DNA of 64,000 bases from Octopus sinensis (GCF_006345805.1 NC_042997.1:87482001-87546000), one strand, 5' to 3'; numbered from the stretch's first letter, positions 12,046-25,708 are shown. Made by a program: numbers and translations. The notes: generated by a model from the sequence alone, not told the origin.

Positions 12046-12704
12046 TGTGAGCCCACCATGGGAAAGTGTTAGAGATTTTGAGGCCTAGAATTTAGTGCTC
12101 TTGAAATTTTTGCTGTGTATTGTTTATTAAAAGAAATGATGCAGCATGTGCTGTAGTTGTGTTTTGTGCACTAGTAGACAAAGTTGTCATGCCCTCAATA
12201 GGATGTTTTTAAATTAGCTGCTCTTGAAATAGGTAACATGAGGTATCTTGGTTGTTTGTGCCTAATTCCAGTGTGTAGAAGGTTAAAATGGAGGGAAAGA
12301 TAGTTGTATAATCTGCATGTGAAAATGGGTTGAAAAGAATCCCTTCTGTCCATACTGTGATGGAATGATCTGACAAAGGTTCAGAGTTAAGAAATGGATC
12401 TCATATTTAGGCAGGCAACTTAGAAGGTTCTGATACCAGACAAATTCAAAAAGTTTTCCAATAATTGTAATCATTACTTTTGTTAAAGCTCTTGATAAGA
12501 GAACACTGCAGTATGTCATGACAAAGCAAGTTTGAGGTAGTTTTGGTTGTGAAAAATTATACTGTGAAGGGGCTCATTGAAAAGGGTGAGAAATAGCAAA
12601 GGTAATAAAGTAGGTGGTTATTTATGAGCATCTCCATCACTTTTGAAGTATTGGGCATGAGAGCAACAGAGTGGCAGTTGACAAGGTTGTCATTCTTGGT
12701 ATTG

Positions 12705-13092
12705 TTTTATTCTTTTACTTGTTTCAGTCATTTGACTGCAGCTATGTTGGAGCACCACCTTTAGCCAAACAATACTACCCTAGGGTTTATTTTTTGTAAG
12801 CCTAAAACTTATTCTAGTGGTCTCCTTTGCTGAACCATTAAGTTACAGGGACGTAAACACACCAACATCGGTTGTCAAGCGATGGTGGAGCACAAACACA
12901 GACACACAAATACACACACACACACACATATACGATAGGCTTCTTTCATTTTCCTTCTGCCAAATCCACTCACAAGGCTTTGGTCGGCCCAAAGTTATAG
13001 TAGAAGACACTTGCCCAAGGTGCCATACAGTGAGACTGAACCTGGAACCATGTGGTTGGGAAGCAAGCTTCTTATCACACAGCCACATCTTG
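12705..13092 (-). mobile_element. Full-length SINE family A
   Basis: Complete antisense match to 4156-4577. Confidence 0.88.
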
Positions 13093-14029
13093 TAACATAT
13101 TTCAAAAGTTTGGAAATAAATCCATATATGGAAAAAAGATTGAAAAATGTGATGAGATTGGAGCTAATTCAGACACACACTGTTTTATTGTAATGTTATT
13201 TATGTTACACTTTTGAACTTGTTGGCTGGTGTGGTGAAAGATTTTGCTCTCTGTGTATGTCTTAATGAAACTGTTAGAGTGAATGAGAAAAGTTCAATCA
13301 AAATTGTTGGATGCATGCAGTGTAAAATGTGTCTTTTTCAGACTTACAATAGAATGTCTGCATTTAATTTGCTATAGTAACTAATGTGATGAGAATGTGA
13401 TAGATGAAAGAATGTTGACAGTGATGGCGAGAATGATGATCCTAAAAAAAAAAGAAGCAAAATAAATGTTGGGAAACCATTGAAAATTTGCCAAAATTCA
13501 CAAAATTAAAACCAAAAAACACAAAAATAGATGATAATCTAGCAAACTAGTTTGTTTTTAAGTGTCTCTCTTTACCTCTTCTTTACCTAGAAATTCATTC
13601 TACTTTTAGAAGGTTTCAGTACTAACATTAAACAGACTATCACTTCAATCACTTCTTAAGCAATATTGCCAGTGGATTTTATCAGTGGCTGGAGGAAGAC
13701 TGAAGAAATTATGCATTTCTTACTCATAGTAAGAAGATCCTTTTACAGTATACAGTTTCTGATTTAAAAACTGTTTGCTAATTAAAGAAAGAAAGCATCA
13801 AAAGATGAGGTGATTTGCTACTTATATTAAAAGTGAAATGTTCTCAATAAAGAACTAAATCCACACCGCATTTACTCACAATTCAGATGAAAATATCATC
13901 ATCATAGTAATCAGCAACATCTATATTTAATATTCATTTTCCCATTCTAGTAAAATTTGGAGAGTTATTTCCATGCAATATGTTGTTACCTCATTTCTGC
14001 ATAATGACATATGTTCCAACTTAAAGACA

Positions 14030-14240
14030 GCAAGCTGGCAGAATTGTCAGCATGCTGGGCAAAATGCCCATTAGCATTTCGTCTGTCTTTACAGTCTGAG
14101 TTCAAATTTCTCCATGGTCACCTTTGCTTTTCATTCTTTCAGGGTCAATAAAATATGTACTAGTTGAGCACTGGGATTGATGTAACCAATTTACCTCTCT
14201 CCTAAAATTGTTGGCCTTGTGCCAAAATTTGAAATCAATA
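14030..14240 (+). mobile_element. SINE family B
   Basis: agctggcagaattgtcagc...gagttcaaat...ggccttgtgccaaaatttgaa. Confidence 0.85.
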
Positions 14241-14999
14241 TGTTCCAGCAGATACAGATGAGAATATGCTCTGTGCTGTTGTAATTTGTTACTGAAGAAC
14301 AACTTCTCCTTCAGGTGAATCTGTGTTCATAGTTAACTCAGTTTGTTAGGGTAAGGGACTTCAGGACATCCTGTGTTGTGTCTTTTTAGCTAATGAATTT
14401 AATAAGAGTTTTTGGCACTTGTTTGAAAAATTCAACAAAAAAATTAATTGCTAATATCTGTTAACCAATAATAAATCATCACATGCATTGTGAACAGTGA
14501 GAATCAAAGCGATGACTTGCATATTTAGTTTTAATATATTCTGGAAGATGCAAACATGAACATGTTAATTGCTGCTGTATTGGAGAACAACTTCCCCATT
14601 CAGACAAATGAGTTTTTGTAGCATACTTTATTCATTAGAGTGAATGGATGTGGACACACTCAGTGTTTCAACCTTGCTCTGTTTCTTCAGCTAATGCTAC
14701 TTCAGACTAATGTATCTATCAAGAGTTTTTGGTATTTGTTTATAGATTCAGCAAACTATTTATTTGCTGATGCATTCTGATATGTGCCAAATGTAAATAA
14801 ATTGTCGTGTTCATAGTGAACAGAGAGATCATTTGATACTGGATCACCTCCTCTATTGCCCCCTCTGTTGTGACAAGATACCTACTTCTGTCTTTCTGTC
14901 TCTTTATCATACTCTAATCTTTCATCCTCTGGCACAAGTTCCCCTCCTCAAATGCCCTGCCCTTCTCATAATTCCTTGCCTTGTGAGTTACTTGATTAT

Positions 15000-15265
15000 C
15001 CTGCCAGTGCTGGTGCCACCTTAAAAGCATCCAGTCCACACTGTAATGTGGTTAGTGTTTGGAAGGGCATCCAGAAGTAAAAATCATGCCAAGACAAACT
15101 TTGCCTGTGCTAGTGCCACGTAAAAAGCACTGAGTACACTCTGCAGAGTGGTTGGTTTTAGGAAGGGCATCAAGCCATAAAATCCCTGCCAAAACAGCTC
15201 ATATCGTCAGTCCTATCCATGCATGGATGGAAGATGGATGTTAAACGAGGATGATGATGATGATA
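15000..15265 (+). mobile_element. RTE-type LINE 3' tail with internal duplication and (GAT)n end
   Basis: ggaagggcatc motif occurs twice, ending in gatgatgatgatgat. Confidence 0.65.
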
Positions 15266-15735
15266 CACACATTTGTGTGTGTATATATATATATATATAT
15301 ATTATACATACATACATTTGTGTGTGTGTATGTGTGTGTGTGTGTATGTATGTGTGTGTGTATGTGTATGTGTGTGTATGTTTTCACATGTCACTATTTG
15401 AAGAAAATTGGTGAACAGTGTTTATGTCTCTCATAAACAAAGTGTCTCGTAGTTTTTCTTTTGTCATGTGTGAAGAGGTACAAATATCTAACTTGAAAGA
15501 AACAAATAATGGTTGGTGACAGGAAAGGCATCTAACAATGGAACACTGCTTCAGTAACTCTTGTCCAATTTATACCAAGCTATATTATCATGAAAATATG
15601 GGTAAAAGTTTGATGATGTTAATGATGATGGTTTTGAAGAGACCTTAGAGAAGCTGTGACTTATCTGATATGAGTAAATGTCTGCAACAAACAAAGTGGT
15701 CATGCTTGAGACTAAGTTGATGGACACTGATATAT

Positions 15736-15776
<41 letters not shown>

Positions 15777-16009
15777 CATGCACACATACATACACGAACA
15801 CACACATACATGTTATTTTATACCTTAATCTTATATTATGGTATCTTCATCTGTCTGTCTATAACAACATCTGTGTAGAGAGAGGGAAGAAGGGGAGGAA
15901 TCAAAAGGGTAGATAACCCCTATTACGACGTATATTTAGAAGTGGAGAAGGGAAAAGTTTCTGAGAGCGAGTGGGGGGAAACAGACAGACAGTGTGTGTG
16001 TTTGTGTGT

Positions 16010-16031
16010 GAAAGATAGATAGATAGATAGG

Positions 16032-16067
<36 letters not shown>

Positions 16068-16332
16068 CAGAGTTGTCACTATAGTACCTAATAAGTTTTG
16101 AATAAAACTCAAGAATTTTAAGTGCAAGTCTGTCAACACAATGCAACACATAAAAATAACTATAACTATGTATATATATATATATTATATATATATATAT
16201 ATATATAATATTATCCCTTTGGTTGTCTGTGTGTGTCTTTCAACATATAGACAATGCAACATAGACTTTAGAAAAGGTTTTCATTCTAATGATATGTTGC
16301 TGTTATTGTTGTTGTTGATGATTTTGTTGTTC

Positions 16333-16378
<46 letters not shown>

Positions 16379-16410
16379 GAGAGAGAGAGGGAGAGAGGGA
16401 GAGAGAGAGT
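16010..16410. repeat. Microsatellite cluster: (GATA)n, (TA)n, (GA)n
   Basis: Direct reading: gata repeats ~16010-16068, ta ~16170-16206, ga ~16335-16410. Confidence 0.95.
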
Positions 16411-18061
16411 TTGAAAGATAGAATCAAAATGAGTTTGAAGAATGAAATAAAAATCAGGTTGTGGTTGAGCATATCAATGCGATCACTGTAGTAAGCTTCT
16501 CCCAAAAGATCTATTTCATCTAGACAAGGTCATGTAGCAATGAGTTACATGTAATGTATATTAAATATGGCTGGGAAAAACAGATGCAAAATGATGACAA
16601 TGAGTATGATGAAGGCGATAGCAGTAGGAGGTAGTGCTTGTGGTTGCAGTTGTAGTAGTGATGATGAGGTTGATGGTAGCAATGACATCAAAAAACATTG
16701 ATGATGATGCAGCAAAAGTAATTGATACGCATGCCACTTGTTGGATTGTTTGGTTAAGAACAATGCATTCTGAAGGAGTCTCAGACCTCTCATTCAGTAG
16801 TTTGCATGTCTGTTTCAATGTTTAGAGAGAGATAGTCAAGTTCAATGAGAGCACTGAAACCTAACTCAACTAAATATGATGTTTAAAAGTCAATTGGTAA
16901 TAGTATTATGTATGTCTTACATATCATGTATATACTACAGAAAATAGTGGCACTAGTTGCCGGTGGATGCTTACTACTGATAACGTGCAAATAAATAGAA
17001 ATCTAGAGTTAGCAATTCCACTACTGCTGTTGGCTAATTTTCCTATTCTACTGATATTAGCACTATACATTTATACAAGATACTTTCTCAAGAAGAATAC
17101 TGTAGTTGTGTGGCTTTCTACAGTATATCCACATTAAGATATGTAGAATACTATTTTGAATGAATATTACCATAACAAATTAAAAATATTTAATAACAAA
17201 TAACAAATTAATAACAAATTAAAAATATTTTCTCTGCTTTATTCTACAAAATGCTTGAAATCAAAATTATGGAAATGAAATTTTTGAACACAGGCAATAG
17301 TTCAGTGTTATTTTGGAGCAATGTTATTACTTCTATCTTTTGGTTTCCCCAATACATGTAACAAAAATTTGATTTATCATTTAGTCTGGAATTTGCATCA
17401 AAAGAAAATCCAGAAATCTCTTATCTATATTTTTACTGTAGCTCATCTTTTTGTTCACAGTATCATTCTAGTATTGTTTCCCTTTTCTATCTCAGATAGA
17501 TTTGGAAATAGGAAGAGTTATTGACAGTCTATGTTGTGTTTGAATATTAATAATTAAGATATATGCAGACAACTGACTCAACTTTTATGAGAGTCACACA
17601 ATTCCATTATAGTGGTAAATTATCTTCTTTGAACATTATATAATATCATGATTGATATTTTTGTTTAATCCTTGAGCTTCATAAAAATGTAAGGAAAACA
17701 GTAATGCAGATGTCCATGATCCAACTGTTGTGTATCTTTGTGGCAAGGTTTACTTCCCTATGAAAATTTGTTCAACTAATCTCTTGTAGATTAGAGCTCT
17801 TGAAATATGGTTTTACTGGAACTTGTCAGAATAAATATTTCCTCAAAGCTATAGAGTCAGAAACATAGAATTTGAGCTGCTGAGTTGGTCTGGTTAATCT
17901 GAAGCTAGTCATATACCTATCCAGACGGGGTAACTTGCCTAGACCAGTGTAAATCTCCCATGCCAGACGTTCTGAGTGAATGATGAAGCATGAGTGTCTG
18001 GCCAGAGTTCTAGTCATTTGTCTTTTGCTAGATGAAATATCTTATATGTGTGCACCACAAT

Positions 18062-19110
18062 TATGAGGTGGCATCAAAAAGTTTCCAGATTAGTTATGTA
18101 GTATGCCAACAGACGGCAGCACACAGTTGCATGTGCAGTGAGAGCTAGCAGTGACTTTCATGAGGCAGTGTGTCAAGTGACATCACTGTGTTTACTTTGT
18201 AAGTTGTGAAATTTGTGTTTTTGTGATAACATGTATGCTGTAGTCTGTGATTTTTGTCATAGACTGGATGTTAGAATATTAAACCAAAGTGAAATCTTCT
18301 GTTAAGCTTGGGAAGTCTACTACAGAGGCATTAAGCATGCTTTGGAAGGCAACGAGCTGGAAGAATCGTTAGCACACCAGGCAAAATGCTTAGCGTATTT
18401 CATCTGTCTTTATGTTCTGAGTTCAAATTCCGTCAAGGTTGACTTTGCCTTTCATCCTTTCGAGGTCGATAAATTAAATACCAGTTGCATACTGGGGTCG
18501 ATCTAATCAACTGGCCCCTCCCCCCAAATTTCAGGCCTTGTGACTATAGTAGAAAGGATTAAGCATGCTTTGGCAAGCTTATGACAATGAGGCAATGGAT
18601 CATATGCAACAGAAGAACATCCCTCACGGTCTTTTCTGACATTTGCGGTATTGTGCATGATGAATTCATCCCCCAGGGCCAGACCATCAATTGAGAGTTC
18701 TATTGCATCATTTTGAAGCATTTGAAGGAGAACATTGAGTAAAAGCCACCGGATCCGTGGAGCACAAAGAATTGAATTCTTCACCATGACAATGCACCCT
18801 GTCACCGAGCTCTACTCACTTGTAAGTTTCTCACCAAAAGCAACATAATATTGTTTCTGCACCTGCCCTGTTTGCCAGATTTTGCACCTGTGAACTTCTA
18901 TCACTTTCTCAAGATGAAAATGCAGCTCTTAGGTCACCATTTTAACACCACTGTTGAAATGAAGAGCAAATTGCAGAAGATTCTTGACTTACTTACAGAA
19001 AATGGCTTCCAGGCCAGATTTCAAATGTGACAGGAATACTGAGACCGGTGTATTGCTGTGCAAGGTGACTATTTTGAAAGAGATGATGTTAAAACTTAGG
19101 TAAATAGAAA
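18062..19110 (+). mobile_element. Mariner remnant (left TIR through transposase C-terminus, right TIR absent)
   Basis: TIR tatgaggtggcatcaaaaagtttccagattagtt. Remnants of EFIPQGQTIN, HHDNAPCH (caccatgacaatgcaccctgtcac) and GDYFE. Confidence 0.88.
18346..18558 (+). mobile_element. SINE family B inserted into mariner, 15-bp TSD
   Basis: TSD TTAAGCATGCTTTGG at 18331-18345 and 18559-18573. Confidence 0.95.
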
Positions 19111-19627
19111 TCCTATTCTTTACACTCCACAGATCTGGTTGCTTTTGCCAAATGTCTTCCCTTAAACACTTCAAAATGTCATTGATTGTCCTCCGACAAT
19201 CCTTATGCACAAGCTGATGAATTTCCTCCACATTTCCGGGAGTGATGCTCTTGGCAGGTTTTCCAGAACATTCATCATTTTCCAGGGATGTTCTTCCACT
19301 TTTGAAGTGCAAGTACCACTTGAGATATTGTATGACCCATTGCCTTGTTGCTGTAAGCTTGCCAAAGCATGTTCAATGTCTTTGTGGCAGACTTCCCAAG
19401 TTTAATGCAAAATTTCATGTTGGCACTTTGTTCCAACTTCCTGTCCATGACAAAAATCGGAGACTACAGTATACAGGTGATCACAAAAACACAAATTTTA
19501 CAACTTGCAAAGTAAACACAGTGATATCACTCATCACATTATCTCATGAGGGTAATTGCTAGCTCTCACTGCACATGCAGTTGGTACACTACAGAACTAG
19601 TCCAGGAACTTTTCATACTACCTTGTA
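19111..19627 (-). mobile_element. Second mariner remnant (left TIR and 5' part), fused tail-to-tail with the preceding copy
   Basis: Minus-strand TIR tacaaggtagtatgaaaagttcctggactagtt. ORF track gives FKSGRTSLENDECSGKP...VHKDCRRTINDILKCLREDIWQKQPDLWS. Confidence 0.88.
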
Positions 19628-20052
19628 TATCTGTATTTGCTATTAATATATATATATATATTGCTCTAACGACCCTCCATGTTTGTTTTAATTTGGTTTC
19701 CTTGTATGTCTCCACTGTCATGTTTTTGTTCCCAACTTTGACCCTCCATAAATCCTAAATATTATTTTTGAATCTATGGGAGCAACTGTCTTTGAAGATT
19801 CATATTGTCATTGAATATTTGAAATGAAGAGTAGATAGACAGCCAACATCTGGTGAAAGGTCCTTTCTCTGTGTTTACTTGTCCTGTTTACCATTTTTTC
19901 TTGTTTACCTACTTAACTTGTTTGTTCTCGTATTTTTTTGTTATTTGCACCATTTGTGATGTCCTGTACCTATATATGTATGTATACATACATACACACA
20001 CACACACATATATATAATTTACTATTTATTATTTGTTTTTAGATGCTACCAT

Positions 20053-20195
20053 ATAGGTGCTTTTATGTGGAACTGCACAGGCACTTTTATGTGGAACCAC
20101 ATGGGCACTTTTACATGACACCACATGAACACTCTTACGCAGTGTCACACAGATGCTTTTATGTGGCACTGCATGAGTGATTTTACATGGGGTTG
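20053..20195. repeat. Degenerate 24-bp minisatellite (~6 units)
   Basis: Units resemble gcacttttatgtggaaccacatgg. Confidence 0.75.
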
Positions 20196-21119
20196 ATTTT
20201 GACATGGTACTGGTCCAGAACTCTTGCAGGTCAATCCTCAAGCTGGAGGAACCAGCCTTAACACTTTTGCTGTGGAGTATGGGCCTTCTTGGTAAAAAAA
20301 TTTCTATTTGTCAAGAAAATTTATCTTAAATGTAATTTATATAAATTGTTGTGTGGATGCCCCCAGATGATGAAGTAGGCTACCCCAATACGTAGATATA
20401 GAGGGAAAAACCTAGATGTCAGGAGAGCAGTTGGTAGACTAGAACAGAGAGTAGAGATAGTCGAAATTGAGTAGTAGAGGCATCCGAATGTGTGACATAA
20501 CATAAATATGATTTGTTCAACATCTTCATTGAACTGTAAACAAATTTAGTTTGCATAATTTTAACCATATCACAGTAAGTTTTTTTAATTGCTGGGTCTA
20601 ACAGAAAGATCTTCACAGACTCTCCCTCCTAAACCAATGAGATTAATTCTACTAAATCTTTTCTTGAACCTTTGTAAGTCATCACCAGCAAGAAAGACAT
20701 GAGCAGGGAGAGAATTTTAGACAGCCATTGTTCTGGAAGGAAGAAGTGGGTGTGGTGATAAGTGTGAAGACTTGGTGAAGAGGAGTTTAGCACTACAAAA
20801 TGATGAGAGAAGGAGAGACAAATGGGATGGACATACTTAAATCAAATCAACGTGGCATGAGTCTGACCAGTTCTGATAGCAGAGACCATTATAATAGCTG
20901 TGGAAAAGGCAAAGAGAGAGGGAGAGAGGGGGAGAGAGAGAGAAAGAGAGAAAAAGAGAGAGAGATAGAGAGAACGAGAGAGAGAATGAGAGAGAGTTGG
21001 TGGCTGAGATGTAACAGAGTATAAGCTGTTTTGGCACAGCCATTTTGCCATCACCTGTTTGGCATTTCTCATTCAACACTGACTTATTTAACATCAAATG
21101 CTTTAATATTCTCCCATTT

Positions 21120-21335
21120 AAGGTGTGAGCTTGCAGAATCATTAGCACACCGGGTGAAATGCAAAGCACCATTTAGTCTGTCTTTCCATTCCGAGTTCAA
21201 ATTCTACCAAGGTTAACTTTGCCTTCCATCCTCCTGGGATCAATAAAATAAGTACCAGTTGAATACTGAGGTCGATGTAATCGACTTACACCCTCTCCCA
21301 AATTACTGGCCTTGTGCCAAAATTTGAAATTAATA
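21120..21335 (+). mobile_element. SINE family B
   Basis: gagcttgcagaatcattagcacaccggg...gagttcaaattc...ggccttgtgccaaaatttgaa. Confidence 0.85.
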
Positions 21336-24329
21336 TTTCTCCCATTTTAATGGGTCTCTTGTTCTCTCAAACCACCTCTCCTTCTCTTTCTTTCTCCCAC
21401 TCTCTCTCTCTGTTATGTGTGTGAGTATATGTAATGTTTGGCTGTCTGTCTCTTCTTCTCTCACTCTCATTCTCACTATCTGTTTGCGTATATTTTTCCT
21501 TCCAGTGGCAAACATGCTGTCAGCAGAACAGGTTGAATGTCAAGTCAGCCATACCATATCATTAGTGTCCAAACAGCCATACCCAGTCATCCCATTCAGG
21601 CAATAACTTAGGAAGAGCCAGAGCCAACATGTTTGTCTTCTACACAACTTCCCAACTTGTTGAATGTTGCACTCCAATACCATTCAGTAAATTTCCTTGC
21701 TACCATTAAAATATATAAATGTTATAAGCCCTAATTGTGGAATAGCAAACATCATCCTCACTAGTCATGGACAATATATGACTAAAGTTTTTGAAATCAC
21801 TGCAAATTCTAGGCATCCTTTACAAACTCTGGTAACACTGCATAACACAATTTTTGTCCTTGAGTAGTAACTGTTATTTCCTATTTGCTTACTCCTAGAA
21901 ATTATGAAAAATGGCTAATATTTCCTTCAAACTTTGCTTTTGTTACATTTATTCAAACCCCAAAGAATCCCTCTCAACACATGGCTATGGTGCTCTCCTA
22001 CTACTGCTGCTTATGATCTGCGATGCACATATTGTCAGTCACTAAGGGACATGCTCAAGTGGTTAAGGTTAAGCGAGTGACAAGCAGATCTATGGTATTG
22101 AGCAGAATATGTGCTATAACGATATTTCCGCTTCAGCAACTCAGCGCTGAATCTGATTGAAATGTAATGGAAAATAGATAAGTTTTAAAACAATGATGTC
22201 CAGGTGACAAAAGCAAAGTTTGAAGGGAACAGTAGTAATTTCCTTTGATTTCTAGATAGAAGCAAATAGGAAATAAAACCTAACCAAAGACAAACAAAAA
22301 GAAATTAAAATTTTGTTACACAGTGTAATATCTTATGGTGACCTTACAAATCATTATCCTCCTCCTCATCATCATTTAAAATCCTCTTTTTCCATGCTTA
22401 CATGGGTTGGACAGAATTTGTTGTGACAGATTTTCTACTGTCAAATGCTCATTCTGTCATCAACACTCACCTGTTTCCTAGCAAGACAATATTTTCCATG
22501 CCCAGACATGTTTTTCACAGAAGACTGGAAACAAATAACGTCACTTGTATGATGATGATACTCATTTAAAGCCATCACATGATGTCGATACAAGGGTACA
22601 CACACATACACATATACACATGCATACTTACATATATGCATGCACGCATAAATCTATCTATAAAATCATCATCACTATCATTTTAACATTCACTTTTCTA
22701 TGCTTCCATGGGTTGGAAGGAGTTTATTGAGGCAGATCATTTACAGTTGGATGCCCTTCCTGTTGCCAACCCTCACCTCTTTCCTGGCAAGATGATATTT
22801 TACATGGCTAGACATGTAAAATATTATTCATGTTGGAAATGAATAATACCATTTGTATGACAATGACAATCACTTTATAACTAACACATGATGTCAAGAC
22901 AAGGACACACACACACACACACTCACATGCACTCTCTGTGTCTCCCTCTGCCTTCTACCACTTTTCTCCATTCTACTACTGACATGTGACCTGTGGCCAT
23001 TGTCATTTTATTCTCTTTACTCTTTCCTTTACACACTGACCACCAAAGTGACTGGTTGTATTTTCTCTAGTCTCCCACTTTCAACCCATTTTGCTGTCTA
23101 TCTGTTGTCCTGTTTCTAGTGTTTTAGGATATTCCTCCTGGTGTTAACCATGTTTTCATCTCTTGTCTGGCCCTAAGGCCATGATCTGTATATTTATTTC
23201 AGTTTGTATGTCCATATTTTGTCTTGTTTGTTTCCGTCTTTGTCCTTTGTCCATCCACTAATGGTCTTGTCTCGAATCATATGTCCACTCTCTGCATTGC
23301 ATATCTATTTATTTCTTGTTTGTTCACTTTCTGTCTTGTTTGGTCCCTTGTTCATTGGCTTGCCATTTCCCAGCAGCTTCTTGCTGCCAGTGCCACCAGG
23401 AGGGATGTAATATTATTGTTGAAGGTGTGAAATTGTGTTTGACCCTCTGGCTGATAACTGATGACGATTTGGTGACCTTCTGTGTCTGTTTTCCATTTGT
23501 TTGTGTATTCATTATATATTTTTTAACTTACTATATATATATAGTAATATTAATATTTTTAAGTCTCTCTAGAGGAAACTACAGCAGCGGTACTGGATAT
23601 TAATAGTTATCACCAAGCTAATATGGCAGCCAAGAAATATAGGACGAATGCTGCTGTTGATTAGCTCCAAGAGGCCATTGCCTCTAGCTAGCTATGTGAC
23701 ACACGAACACATGTCCATTATAACCTTCGAACAGGGGAGGTCAGCCGCTTCCCCTTGCTGGTCAGGCATCTGCAGACTAGTTTCAGAGTATTTGCCCTTT
23801 ATCAATGCAGAGCAGCCAAAACCAGTAGGCATCGCTACTGACCGTCTGTTTGAAGGATTATTTACCTAAATTCAGTGGAATACATCCACTGGTTTTCAAA
23901 AATAGAAATATTATATTTCTAAGTCTCTCTAAAGGAGACTATGGCAGTGGTATATATAGAGACAGTGGTGGTGGGAGGCTACCAGATAGCAATGATACAG
24001 AGGAACAGGGCCATGAGGACAGAATTGGGGAGTGAGAGCTAGGCATGGTGTATGAAGGAGGAAATGTGAGGAAGAGAAGAGATGTAGATTGTTTTGTTGG
24101 GGTAGGGTGAGTGAAAAGTTTTCTTGTTACGTGTGGGTGGAACACACAGGTCAGAGGCTAGTGGAAAGCAATGATACTGTGGCACAGGGCTAAAAGGACA
24201 GGATTGGGGAATGAGAGGTAAGCATAATGCATGAAGTGAAAATGTGAGGAAGAGAAGAGATGTAAGGACGTGGTTTGGTTTTTTGTGATAGTGTGTGAGA
24301 GGTTTTCTTGTTAAGTGTGAGTAAGACAC

Positions 24330-25708
24330 ATAGCATTTCTAGAATTCAATTTTGCTGATGTGGTTGGGTCTTCTCAAGATATTCATATCACCAGACATCT
24401 CAGTCCATTGTCATTTCCTCCATGAGGCCCAACATCCTGGGATCAAGCCTTACCACTTCATCCTATGTCTTCCCAGGTCTCCTTCTTCTGTGGGAACTGT
24501 CCACTTTCAGTGATTGGCACTTCTTTATGCAGCTGTTCTCATTCATATGCATCACATGTCCAAACCAATTTAGTTTTCTCTCTTGCATGCGACATTTGAT
24601 TCCACTTATACTCAAATTTTCTCTCAATACTTTTGCACTTTGCTGTACATGTGCACTGATGTTGCACATCTAACAGAGAATGCTACCTTCATTTCTCTCC
24701 AGTATAAGCATGTCTTTTGCATTCAGAGCTCATGTCTCACTACCATGGAGTATAGCTGTTCACACGCAAGCATCATATAGTCTACCTTTCACTCTGAGAG
24801 GGAGTCCTTTTGTTGCCAACCGAGGTAATAGCTCTCTGAACTTCTTCCATCCAATTCTTATTCTAGAAACAATACTTTCAGAGCATCCTCCACCATTGTT
24901 AATTTGGTCATTGAGGTACCAGAAACTATCTACAACCTCAAGAGAGCATTTGAGAGAATCTAAGTCTCATGTGCTCTTAGTGCTTATTGTTCCTGCACAT
25001 CTGCCACATATAAAGACGACTTTATCTGTTAATCTACCTGTGATTTATGTGTCCATAGTTTACACTGGGAGTTCTTCCAACTCCTTTCTCAAGGCTATTT
25101 ACATGATGAATAGTGAGTTTTATCTTCTTTCTTACTAACAACAACTTTAGTTTTAGCTAGGTTAAGTTTAAGGCCCTTTGATTCTAGGTTTTGTTTTCAT
25201 ACCTGGAATTTCTTCTCCAATTCTGCTAAATTTTCTGCAAAAGAGCAAGGTTATCAGCATATAGTAGTTCCCATGGGTACCCAGTTTTGAATTCCTCTGT
25301 TATGGCCTGAAGGACTATAATGAATATGAGTGGGCTGAGAACTGAGCCCTGGTGTACCCCTACCTGTATGCTAAATTCATCATTGTATTCATGGCTGACT
25401 CTCACCTTACTGATGGCACCACTGTACATGGCTTGTACAGCTCTAACAAGCCACTCCTCTACTCCTAACTTTCTTTGAGACCACCATATAACAGAGCAGG
25501 GAACTCTGTCGAAAGCTTTCTCCAGGTCAACGAAGGCTAAGTACAATGGCTTACTTTGGCCAAGTACTTTTCTTGCAGCTGTCTCACTATGAAGATGGCA
25601 CCTGTGGTACTCTACTCAGGTACAAAACCATACTGCATCTCATCTAGCTTAATTCTATTTCAAATCAATTTAGCTATAACCCTCTCAGTAACTTTCATGA
25701 CTTGGTCT
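24330..25708 (-). mobile_element. 5'-truncated RTE-clade LINE (RT, Cys-rich insert, C-terminus), decayed
   Basis: LAFVDLEKAFDRVP, GVHQGSVLSPLIF, ELLYADNL, QERKLNWFGHVMHM, RRRPGKT. Confidence 0.92.

Larger units (their letters stand above)
10400..13500 (-). mobile_element. Heavily decayed Jockey/CR1-group LINE (RT region), interrupted by a mariner and a SINE
   Basis: Remnant motifs IKQCVSELAPISSHF, NCHSVALMPNTSKVMEMLINNHL, GKLFEFVWYQNLLSCLPKYE. Frame LKISNTFPWWAHI continues across the mariner TA site. Ends approximate. Confidence 0.7.

Noticed and set aside
13190-13441. Two apparent minus-strand exons (13348-13441 and one starting near 13270) with excellent splice signals and compatible phase
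   Set aside because: The translation (KQCVSELAP..., continuing to SKVMEMLIN) is LINE RT sequence. This also shows that strong splice signals arise by chance here.
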